From positions 32,001-96,000 of the forward strand of contig CAVQUB010000020.1 in NCBI GenBank assembly GCA_963716725.1: 64,000 nucleotides of DNA. Reading direction: 5' to 3'. Below, piece after piece: positions 30,965 through 39,834 of this stretch. Each line of letters begins with the position of its first letter. Within the stretch, counting starts at the first letter, position 1. This DNA comes from an uncultured delta proteobacterium. Its GTDB lineage: Bacteria > Myxococcota_A > Polyangia > Polyangiales > Polyangiaceae. The notes under the pieces were generated by a model. The model searched no databases. It saw nothing but the letters and a program-made list of their open reading frames with translations, and was not told the origin of the DNA. The position numbers and the translations under genes were made by a program.

Positions 30965-33900
30965 GTGGTGTCTTCCGCCCCTCCCGATGGCCAGCTGATG
31001 GGTGGCCGCTTCGTCGTCGAACGCGAGGTCGGTCGCGGCGGCGTTGGCATCGTCTACCGGGCCTGGGACAAGGAGACCGAGAGCTACGTCGCGCTCAAGG
31101 TCATCGCCGCGGACGCGGGGGTCTCGCCGGAAGAAGAGGCCCGGCTGACCCGGGAGGGCGAGCTGCTCAGCCACCTCGACCACCCGGGGATCGTCAAGAT
31201 CGTCGCTTACGGCATCCTCGAAGACTCGGGCCTGCCCTTCATCGCCATGGAGTGGCTGGACGGTGAAGACCTGTCCCGCCGACAGCGCAAGGACCCGCTG
31301 AGCATCCGACAGGCCGTCGAGCTGAGCATCTTGATCGCGACGGCGCTGGAGACCGCCCACCAAGCCGGGGTGATCCATCGCGACATCAAGCCCGGCAACA
31401 TCGTGCTCACCTCGCGGACCGGCGATCCCGGGTCGTTGGACGTGGTGCCGAAGCTCGTCGACTTCGGCACCGCGGCGAGCGGTGACATCCGCATCACGCG
31501 CAACGGTGATGTGGTCGGCACGCCTGCTTACATGGCGCCCGAGCAAGCTCGGGGTGACGCCCCGATCGACGTGAGGTCCGACATCTACTCCCTCGGAGCC
31601 ACCCTCTTCGAGCTGGTGGCCGGACGCCCCCCCCACGTCGGCCCCACCCCGATCGCAACGCTAGCTCGCTTGGTGACCACCCCTCCCCCGCGGCTCTCCG
31701 AGCTGCGGCGCGACACACCGCCGCTGCTCGAGGCGCTGGTGCATCGCATGCTGTCGACCGATCCGGACCAGCGACCCGCCAGCATGCGCGAGGTGATCGC
31801 CGCGCTCGAGGACGCCAGGCTGGAGCGCAACCTGTTGGTCTTGCCTTCCACGGGCATGAGCGAGCCGGCCCTCTCCACTCGCTTGGGCTCCAGCGCCTCG
31901 CGGCTCGTCACCAGCATCGTAGCCCTGCGCTTTGCCCAGGGATCGGCCCGGGAGCGCGCCCTCGAGCACCTGCGCTCCCGGGGCGCGGACGCGGTCCCGC
32001 TCGGCTCCGACTCCATCGTGGCTCATCTCGGCGCCCGGCACTCGGTGGGAACCGAGGCCACCACTGCCCTCGAGCTCGGTCGCAAGCTCGCTCACGCAGG
32101 CGCGCGCGTCGGGATCGCCAGCGGACGTGCGCGCCTGAACCTGACCACCGACACCGGTGAGCTCCAGCCCGTCGGCGAGGTCGTGGACCGCGCCTCGTCG
32201 CTGGCTCGCGACGCCGATCCGTCCATGGTCCTCGCCGACGCCACCACCAGCGAGCTCGGGCGCGGGCGTTTCGAGTTTCGCGCGCGAGACGACGGCTCGA
32301 GCAGCATCGTCGGCGAGCAACTGCGCGGACCCCGGGCCGAACGGGCCGGCGGTGCGCCCTTCGTAGGGCGCGAGCCGGAGATGGCTCAGGTGGTCAGCGC
32401 CTTCGAACGCTGCCGAGGTGACTCGACGCCAATTCTGGTCACGGTCACCGGGCCTCCGGGCATCGGCAAGAGCCGCCTGCGGCGCGAGGTGCTGGCTCGC
32501 ATCACGGCCAGCGCGGATGCACCCGTGGTGGTGTTGCAGCGCAGCGACGCCTACGGCAGCGGACACGCCCTGGGCGCAGCCGCGGACGTGTTGCGCTCCA
32601 TCGTTGGCCTGTCGAAGGGCGCGACGGCCAAAGAAGCCGAGACCGCCATCGTGAGCCGGCTGGGCCCGGCGACTCGCAGCGATCTGACCAGCAAGAATCG
32701 CGAACTCTTGGCGCGCCTCCTGGCAAACGAGGCGCTGCCCGAAGGGCTCGACCCCCGCGGCGCCCGCGACGTCCTGTGGTTGGCCATGACCGACTTGGTT
32801 CTGCAGGTCGCCGCCCAAGAACCCACGGTGCTCGTCATGGAGGACCTGCAATGGGCCGACCAAGAGAGCATTGGTTGGATCGACCACATGCTGGGTCGCG
32901 CGGCGCAAAAGCCCCTCTTGGTCTTGGCGCTGGTTCGACCCGCGTTTTGGCACGACCACCCCCTCCGCTTTGCCGGTCGCGACCACGTGCGGCTCGAGCT
33001 GCGACCGATTTCGAAGAGGGCAACCCGCACCATCGCTCGGGCGCTGATGGGCGAGAGCGCCCCCGAGGACGTGCTCGATCGCATCGCCGAGCAGAGCGCC
33101 GGGCTCCCGCTGTTCGCCGAAGAGCTGGCGCGGATCGCGGTCACACGCCAGGAGCCAGTCAACGCTCCCACCATCGAAGCCGCCATCCAGGTGAGTCTGG
33201 ACTCGCTCGACGACGAGTGTCGCGACGCCGTGGGGCGACTCAGCGTCTTCGGCCAGAGCTGCTGGGACACCGGGCTGGAGGCGCTGGGGCTGCCCAACGC
33301 CGAGAGCGTCATGAAGGCGCTGGCCGCCGCCGAGATCCTGATGGAGCAGAACGTCTCGCGCTTTCCCGGCACCCGCGAGTGGGTATTCAAACACGCATTG
33401 GTGCGCGAGGTCGCCTACTCGAGCTTGGGAGATCGCGAACGCGACGAGTTGCACGCGCTCGCGGCGGGGTGGCTCGCGCGCATGGGTGAAGACGCCGCCA
33501 CGGTCGCTGGCCACTACGACCTCGGCAAGGAGCACGTCGCCGCCGCCGCGCATTGGTCCCGGGCAGCGCAGCGCGCTCTTGCCACCAACGCCATCACCGA
33601 CGCGCTTCGCATGGCCGAGCGCGCCCTGGCCTTTGCCGAGGAGAAACCAGACGCTTTCCTACGTGCTTCGTACCTCGACGAAGCTCACAGCCGCCTCGAC
33701 CCGCGGGCCAGCGAGCGAGAAACGGCCGTCGGCGCCATGGAAGACAACGTCTACGACGAGGCCAGCGCGGTGCGTGCAACCGGTGCGCGTGCGCGCTACG
33801 ACGATGCGCGCGGCGTCGGTCACGACATCACCGAGCGCCTGGCCGAAACCCGGGACAAGGCCGCGGCGCTGGGCCTGCATGACGAGGAAGCTCGCTGCTC

Positions 33901-34879
33901 AGCGGTGCTGGCGAACCGCCTCGCGTTTGCGGGCCGCTTCGCCGAGGCCGAAGCCGAAGCCACCCGCCTGCTCGAGCTGGCCGAGCGAAAGGCAACTTCC
34001 GCGGCGGCCGTGGACGCCTGGCAGACCTTCGCCATCGTTCGGCAGACCCAGGGAGCCGTGACCGCGGCGCTCGACGCACGTCGCAACGCCGTCAAAGCCG
34101 CGCGCTCCGCCGGGCTGAAAGAGCGGGAAGCCATGCTGATGACCAACTTGGGCTTTGCGCTGACCAGCATCGGGGCTCGCCAAGAGGCGCGGGGCGCCCT
34201 GGAAACGGGGCTTGCCCTGGCGGACGCCATCGGGTCGTCCGGAGCGGTGCGCCACGCGCAGATGAATTTGCTCGGCTGGGCGGCGACCTTCGGCAACGAC
34301 AAAGCACTCGAGGTGCACCTCGCCGAGGTCCGCGCCGAAGCGGACTCGACGGCGAGCGGGGTGTGGGCGGCCCCCGACCGAGCAAATCTAGGCGTGCTCT
34401 TCTACCGAGGCATGGAGCTTTTGCGTGCGAAGAACGAGACCTCATGCAAGCGCGCGGCGGCCCTCCTGCGCATGGCCGCTCAGGGTTATCGGGCCACGGG
34501 CAATCGTGACATCTTGCCCGCCGCATTGGGGCTCTGGGCCGAGGCCGAGCGCCGTTGCGGGAACTCCCAACGCGCCGCCGAGCTCGCTCGAGAGGCCGCG
34601 GAGTTGCTCGAGAGCGGCGCGCCCAGTCTCCTGAACGAGTCCAGCGTATATCTGCCGCTGCACGACGCCTGCGTGGAACTCGAGGACGCAGAACATGCGA
34701 AGCAGGCGGTGATCAGGGGACTGCAACCGCTGCAGCGGCGCCTCGAGGGTCTGCTCGGCACCACCTACGCGCGCTTGTTCTTGACCGAGTTGCCCAACAA
34801 CGCGGCGCTCCTGGCCGCGGCTGAAGGCTATGGCCTGGTGCCGGAGCGTATCCACCGGCTGCTCGAGACGAAGAACTAG
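30965..34879 (+). CDS. Ser/Thr kinase - degenerate cyclase-like - AAA (STAND-like) - TPR protein
   Basis: HRDIKPGN/DFG; FVGREPE, GPPGIGKS, EDLQWAD, GLPLFAEEL, FKHALVRE. Confidence 0.9.
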   Translation: MVSSAPPDGQLMGGRFVVEREVGRGGVGIVYRAWDKETESYVALKVIAADAGVSPEEEARLTREGELLSHLDHPGIVKIVAYGILEDSGLPFIAMEWLDGEDLSRRQRKDPLSIRQAVELSILIATALETAHQAGVIHRDIKPGNIVLTSRTGDPGSLDVVPKLVDFGTAASGDIRITRNGDVVGTPAYMAPEQARGDAPIDVRSDIYSLGATLFELVAGRPPHVGPTPIATLARLVTTPPPRLSELRRDTPPLLEALVHRMLSTDPDQRPASMREVIAALEDARLERNLLVLPSTGMSEPALSTRLGSSASRLVTSIVALRFAQGSARERALEHLRSRGADAVPLGSDSIVAHLGARHSVGTEATTALELGRKLAHAGARVGIASGRARLNLTTDTGELQPVGEVVDRASSLARDADPSMVLADATTSELGRGRFEFRARDDGSSSIVGEQLRGPRAERAGGAPFVGREPEMAQVVSAFERCRGDSTPILVTVTGPPGIGKSRLRREVLARITASADAPVVVLQRSDAYGSGHALGAAADVLRSIVGLSKGATAKEAETAIVSRLGPATRSDLTSKNRELLARLLANEALPEGLDPRGARDVLWLAMTDLVLQVAAQEPTVLVMEDLQWADQESIGWIDHMLGRAAQKPLLVLALVRPAFWHDHPLRFAGRDHVRLELRPISKRATRTIARALMGESAPEDVLDRIAEQSAGLPLFAEELARIAVTRQEPVNAPTIEAAIQVSLDSLDDECRDAVGRLSVFGQSCWDTGLEALGLPNAESVMKALAAAEILMEQNVSRFPGTREWVFKHALVREVAYSSLGDRERDELHALAAGWLARMGEDAATVAGHYDLGKEHVAAAAHWSRAAQRALATNAITDALRMAERALAFAEEKPDAFLRASYLDEAHSRLDPRASERETAVGAMEDNVYDEASAVRATGARARYDDARGVGHDITERLAETRDKAAALGLHDEEARCSAVLANRLAFAGRFAEAEAEATRLLELAERKATSAAAVDAWQTFAIVRQTQGAVTAALDARRNAVKAARSAGLKEREAMLMTNLGFALTSIGARQEARGALETGLALADAIGSSGAVRHAQMNLLGWAATFGNDKALEVHLAEVRAEADSTASGVWAAPDRANLGVLFYRGMELLRAKNETSCKRAAALLRMAAQGYRATGNRDILPAALGLWAEAERRCGNSQRAAELAREAAELLESGAPSLLNESSVYLPLHDACVELEDAEHAKQAVIRGLQPLQRRLEGLLGTTYARLFLTELPNNAALLAAAEGYGLVPERIHRLLETKN

Positions 34880-34944
34880 TGCCGCGCGGCAGAAGTTTCG
34901 CTGGTTTCTTTTCCGTGTGCGTGTCGTCGGTGTAGTGGGGTGAC

Positions 34945-36098
34945 ATGATCGACTACAGCGCGTTCGCGGGCCGAGCGCACGGTGGTCGTCCGACGGTTCC
35001 GCTCGCGCTGAGGGCTGAAGAGCGCGCGCGGATCGAGGAGGCGTTGCGACCCGCCAGGGCGGAGCAGCGGCTGGTTCGTCGGGCGCAGGCCGTGTTGATG
35101 ATGGCGGACGGAGTGCCTGCGACGGACATCGCCCGGCTCCTCGGGGTGCACGTGCGCACGGTGGACGACTGGCGCAAGCGCTTCGACTGCGCGGCACCTA
35201 GCGAGAGACTGGCGGACGCCCCGCGCTCGGGACGGCCGCCCTCTCTCTCTCGGACACCGTAGCGGCTCGAGTAGAAGCAGAAGCGTGTCGACCGCCGAGC
35301 GACGTCGGCGTGCCCGTCACGCACTGGTCAGCGTCGTTGCTTGGCGTGCACGTTCGCGCGCAAGGAATTCAGATCAGCGACCGGTCGGTGGGCCGCATAC
35401 TCAAGGATGCTGACCTGCAACCGCATCGGCAACAAATGTACCTGACTTCGCACGACGACGAGTTCAGGGGGAAGCGCGACGACGTGCTGCGCGTCTACTA
35501 CGAGACGCCAAAGAAGGAGCACATCGTGTGCGTCGACGAGAAGACCGGCATCCAGGCGCTCGAACGCCGCTACGCTGACATTCCGATGGTGGCCGGACAG
35601 CCCGTCCGCCGCGAATTCGAGTACGTCCGCCATGGCACGCTCTGCTGGATGGGAGCGCTCGATGTCCGCCGCGGCAAGCCGTTCGGCTTCATCTCGGACG
35701 GGCACGACAGCGACACCTTCGTCGAACTACTCGACGTCATCGAGGCGGTCTACCCGCCGGGTCGTGGCCACATCATCATGGACAATCTCTCCGCCCACGA
35801 CACGCCCGACGTGAACGAGTGGTTTGACGAGCACCCACGCTGGACGCGCCACTTCACGCCGAAGCACGCGTCGTGGCTCAACCGGATCGAGTGCTGGTTC
35901 TCGATCCTCACGCGCCAACTTCTCGCACGAGGCTCGTTCACGTCAACCGACGACCTCGCGGCGAGGATCGACGCGTACGTCGCGTGGTATCTGCAGACCG
36001 ACCGACCCTTTCGCTGGTCGTACCGCCCCAAGTCGTGGGCCGAATCCAGAAAAATCTCCTCACTTTCTGCGAAGAAAGCCGCAACTGTTTCGGAGTGA
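34945..36098 (+). CDS. IS630-family transposase, interrupted by +2 in a (CT)5 run at 35241-35250
   Basis: HTH with DAPRSGRP; VDEKT, EYVRHGT, IMDNLSAH, SWLNRIECWF. The (CT)4 allele in copy 3 joins the two ORFs in frame. Confidence 0.9.
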
Positions 36099-36115
36099 GG
36101 CCCGACCACACGGGG

Positions 36116-36611
36116 ATGGCACAGGAAGGGCGAAAGCTCGGAAGATTTGGGGATGGGACGGACGAGGTGATCGGTGCGCTGATCGAGGTGCATCGGCATC
36201 TCGGTCCAGGGCTGATGGAATCCGCATATGAGGCCTGTCTATCTGCCGAGCTGTCCGAACGACGGCTCAAGTTCGAGCGGCAGCGACCGCTACCAATCCG
36301 CTACAAAGGCGTACACCTTGACTGCGCCTATCGCCTCGACCTGGTCGCTTCCAGATCGTATCCTCCTGGAGCTCAAGGCGGTCGAGCGGCTGCTCCCGAT
36401 TTACGAAGCGCAGGTCATCACCTATCTGCGCCTTTCGCGGTTGCCCGTCGGCCTGCTCGTCAACTTCAACGTGACCGCGCTCAGAAATGGCCTGCGGAGG
36501 CTAACGCCTGACCACCCCAAATCCTTCCGCTCTTCCGCCCTTCCTGTGAGAGCCCAAATGAGCGCAGGTCTCAGGGGCGAATCCACTCGAACTTCGGCCG
36601 CGCGGCACTAG
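36116..36611 (+). pseudogene. GxxExxY protein with +1 frameshift at about 36348
   Basis: GPGLMESAY; GTCGCTTCCAGAT here versus GTCGTCGAAGAT in the intact copy. Confidence 0.8.
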
Positions 36612-37813
36612 CGCGCGAGCGCTTTGCCGATCCGCGTGCAGGCTTCTTCGACCCGCGGCGGATCTTCGATCAGCGCAAAGCGCAGGAATCCCTCGCCGCC
36701 GGGCCCGAAGCCCGTGCCGGGCGACAGCGCAACGTGCGCCTCCTCGATCAGCCACGTGGCGGCGTCCCGCGAGCTCTTTCCCGCGAGCTTTCGCGGGATC
36801 TTCGCCCAGACGAACATGCTGCCACTCGGCTCGGGCACGTCGCCCCAGCCCGAAGCCGCGAGCCCGCGGGTCAGGGTGGTCGCGCGCGTTTGGTAAAGGG
36901 ACCGGATCTCGTCCACCAGCCCGTCGCCGTGGTCGAGGGCCCAAGCCGCCGCGTACTGCAGCGGCATGAAGGTGCCGTAGTCCATGTAGGTCTTGAGGTG
37001 CGAGAGCGCAGCGACCATTCGGGCGTTGCCGGCCATGAAGGCGATGCGCCAGCCCGGCATGTTGTAGCTCTTCGACATCGAGAAGACTTCGACGGCAAAG
37101 CTCTTCACCTGATCGTGATCGACCCCGCAGTCGAAGATGCTCGGGGCGTGGCGCGTGCTAAAATCGAGATCCGCGTACGCCGCGTCGTGCAGCAGCATGG
37201 CGCCCCCGCGCCCGACGACGCGCACGAGATCCGCGAGGGCCTCTCGCGAGATGACGAACCCGGTGGGGTTGTGCGGGTAGTTCGCGATCACGAGCTTGGT
37301 CTTGCCGCCTGCCTTCTCGACCTTCTGCATCGCATCTGCAATGGCCTTGGCCGGCTCCAGCTCGGCGGCCACTGAGTAGCCGACCACGGCGGCACCCGCG
37401 ATGGCGGGCGCCCCCTCGTGAATGGGATAACAGGGGTCCGGAACCACCGCGGAGTCCCCACGGTCGAGGATGGCGAGGCACAGGTGGCTGATGCCCTCCT
37501 TCGCACCCATGGTGACCAAGACCTCGGAGTCGACGTCGAAGCGTGTCTGGTAGCGTCGCTCGTACCAGCGGCCGAAGGCGGCCCGCAGCGCCGGCAGACC
37601 ACGCCCAGGGTGGTAGCGGTGGTTCTTCCCGATGTCGGCGGCAGCGTGCAGCTGATCCACGATGGCCTGGGGCGTCGGCCGATCGGGGTTGCCGAGGCCG
37701 AGATCGATGAGGTCGGCACCCGCGTCGATGGCCTTCTTCTTCACCGCGTCGGTGGCGACGAAGGCATAGGTGGGCAGGGCTTCAGCACGGGGGAAAGGCC
37801 AAGGGTTCGTCAC
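36608..37813 (-). CDS. Class I/II PLP aminotransferase (AlaC/LL-DAP aminotransferase-like)
   Basis: DLGLGNPD, NYPHNPTG, DAAY, SMSKSYNMPGWR. Confidence 0.9.
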   Translation of the reverse strand: MTNPWPFPRAEALPTYAFVATDAVKKKAIDAGADLIDLGLGNPDRPTPQAIVDQLHAAADIGKNHRYHPGRGLPALRAAFGRWYERRYQTRFDVDSEVLVTMGAKEGISHLCLAILDRGDSAVVPDPCYPIHEGAPAIAGAAVVGYSVAAELEPAKAIADAMQKVEKAGGKTKLVIANYPHNPTGFVISREALADLVRVVGRGGAMLLHDAAYADLDFSTRHAPSIFDCGVDHDQVKSFAVEVFSMSKSYNMPGWRIAFMAGNARMVAALSHLKTYMDYGTFMPLQYAAAWALDHGDGLVDEIRSLYQTRATTLTRGLAASGWGDVPEPSGSMFVWAKIPRKLAGKSSRDAATWLIEEAHVALSPGTGFGPGGEGFLRFALIEDPPRVEEACTRIGKALAR

Positions 37814-37871
37814 GCCGGGTCTGCTACCAAAATCCGGAGCCGGCGGCGAGGGGCTTCGACGGAAAACCCGC

Positions 37872-38720
37872 TCACCAACGCCGGGCGCGACCGGAGCGCT
37901 GTTCGGTGAGGGTGGACTGATCCTGTTCCTTCTTGATCAGCACGCCTCCGAATGGCAGCTCGCTCTTGATCCTATCTACGCCGACGTTGCTCTTGGACAG
38001 CACCGCGATCCAGTCGATGAGTTCGCTCGTGCTCGGCCGCTTGCGTACCCGGGGCACGGCCCGCACGTCGTAGAACGCGCCGATGGCTTGATCGACCAGG
38101 TCGTCGTCGACTTCCGGGTGGTGGACCCGCACGATGCGCTTCATCAGATCCGGCTCGGGGAAGTCGATGAAGTGGAAGACGCAGCGCCGAAGGAAGGCGT
38201 CCGGCAGCTCCTTTTCGTTGTTGCTCGTGATGATCACCACCGGCCGGTGCCGCGCGACGATCTCGTCCCCCGTCTCCGAGACCACGTAGCGCATGCGATC
38301 GAGCTCGTGGAGCAGGTCGTTGGGGAACTCGAGATCGGCTTTGTCCACCTCGTCGATCAAGAGCACGACGCGCTCGGCCGACGACAGGGCCCGCCCGAGG
38401 GGACCGAGCTTGATGTAGCGCCGGATGTCCTTGACGGCCTCGGGGCCCGCGTCGCCAAAGCGGGCCTCGTAGAGGCGCTGCACGGTGTCGTAGACGTACA
38501 GACCGTCCTGAGCACGCGTGGTGGATTTTACCGGCCAGTGAATCATCGGATGGCTCATGGCCTCGGCGATGGCGGCGGCCAGCAAGGTCTTGCCCGTACC
38601 GGGCTCGCCTTTGACGAGCAGCGGTCGTTCCAGGGCGATCGCCGCGTTCACTGCCGCCTCGAGCGACGGGTCGGTGATGTAGCTCCGCGTGCCGCAAAAT
38701 TGCCTAAATGACTCGATCAC
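37872..38720 (-). CDS. MoxR-family AAA+ ATPase
   Basis: GEPGTGKT, LIDEVDKAD, NNEKELPDAFLRRC, KRPSTSEL. GTG start inferred. Confidence 0.9.
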   Translation of the reverse strand: MIESFRQFCGTRSYITDPSLEAAVNAAIALERPLLVKGEPGTGKTLLAAAIAEAMSHPMIHWPVKSTTRAQDGLYVYDTVQRLYEARFGDAGPEAVKDIRRYIKLGPLGRALSSAERVVLLIDEVDKADLEFPNDLLHELDRMRYVVSETGDEIVARHRPVVIITSNNEKELPDAFLRRCVFHFIDFPEPDLMKRIVRVHHPEVDDDLVDQAIGAFYDVRAVPRVRKRPSTSELIDWIAVLSKSNVGVDRIKSELPFGGVLIKKEQDQSTLTEQRSGRARRW

Positions 38721-38792
38721 GAGCCAGGTTCTTAGCACGGGCGCCGCGACTCGCCCACCGCGATGCGGCTCGTGATAGACCCCTGGGTCCCG

Positions 38793-39830
38793 ATGTCGGT
38801 GCGCTACGAAATCCGAGCGGCTCTGCCGGAGGACGAGCAGCAGATCCTCGTGCTCGCCCAGCATCTGAACACGGTGAACCTGCCCAACGACCAGGGCCAC
38901 ATCCATCGCCTACTGGACCACAGCAAGAAGAGCTTTGCGGCGGAGATCCGCAGCGTATCCCACCGCAAGTTCGTGTTCGTGCTCTGGGATCTGAGCGAGG
39001 ATCGCGCGGTGGGGACCAGCATGATCGTGGCCCAGCTCGGTCGCCGCGACGCCCCCTACATCTACCTCGATGTGATCGACGAGGAGAAGTACAGCCGGAG
39101 CGAGGATCAGCACTTCCATCACACGGTCTTGCGCATCGGCTTTTCGTACAAGGGGCCCACCGAGATCGGCGGGCTGGTGGTGCTGCCGAGCTACCGGGCC
39201 GCCAGGGAACGGCTCGGCCTCCTCATCTCGTACGTGCGCTTCCTGTACATCGCCAGCCACCGGGATCTATTCCAGACCGAGGTGCTGGCCGAGCTGCTTC
39301 CGCCCCTCGAGGCCGACGGGACGAGCCACCTGTGGGAAGCGCTGGGGCGCCGCTTCTGCAATTTGAGCTATGCCGCCGCCGACTTGCTCTCCAGCGAGAA
39401 CAAGGAGTTCATCAAGGATCTGTTCCCGAGCGGCCTCATCTACGCGTCGCTCTTGTCGAGCGAAGCGCAAGCAGTCATCGGCAAGGTCGGCGCGCAGACC
39501 AAGGGAGTCGAGAAGATGCTCAAGCGCGTCGGCTTCCGCTACGCGCACCGAGTGGACCCCTTCGACGGTGGCCCGCATTTCACGGCGCCGACCGACGAGA
39601 TCAGCTTGGTCCGCGAGACCGAGGTGCGCCGGGTGCTCGGCCCCTCGAGCCCAACCGACGCCAGCCTCCCGGGCTTGTGCGCCTGCGAGGCGCCGGAGCG
39701 GCCGTACTTCCGCGCCGTGCCCGCGGCCTTGGTCTTTCAGGGCAAAGACGGCGTGCGCCTGCCCGCCGCCGTGATCGCGCACCTCGGCCTCGCCGAGGGC
39801 GACGCGGTCACCTGCCTGCCGGTTCGCTGA
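38793..39830 (+). CDS. astA: Arginine N-succinyltransferase
   Basis: TEIGGL, LWEALGRRF, FIKDLFP, VDPFDGGP. Confidence 0.85.
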   Translation: MSVRYEIRAALPEDEQQILVLAQHLNTVNLPNDQGHIHRLLDHSKKSFAAEIRSVSHRKFVFVLWDLSEDRAVGTSMIVAQLGRRDAPYIYLDVIDEEKYSRSEDQHFHHTVLRIGFSYKGPTEIGGLVVLPSYRAARERLGLLISYVRFLYIASHRDLFQTEVLAELLPPLEADGTSHLWEALGRRFCNLSYAAADLLSSENKEFIKDLFPSGLIYASLLSSEAQAVIGKVGAQTKGVEKMLKRVGFRYAHRVDPFDGGPHFTAPTDEISLVRETEVRRVLGPSSPTDASLPGLCACEAPERPYFRAVPAALVFQGKDGVRLPAAVIAHLGLAEGDAVTCLPVR

Positions 39831-39834
39831 CGCG

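Larger units (their letters stand above)
34876..36611 (+). mobile_element. Full-length IS630-family element carrying a GxxExxY passenger gene (CTAG flanks included)
   Basis: Terminal IRs GTGCCGCGCGGC(A/C)GAAGTT, CTAG at both ends (TA duplication), HTH + DDE transposase. Confidence 0.92.

Noticed and set aside
30557..31636. N-terminal extension making an 848-aa ORF (29090-31636)
   Set aside because: Antisense to the kinase; the real start is more likely GTG 30556 with RBS and stop overlap.
37872..38720. MoxR ATPase as proven partner of the 28149-30894 operon
   Set aside because: Separated by unrelated genes with no vWA gene nearby; a link cannot be supported from this window.
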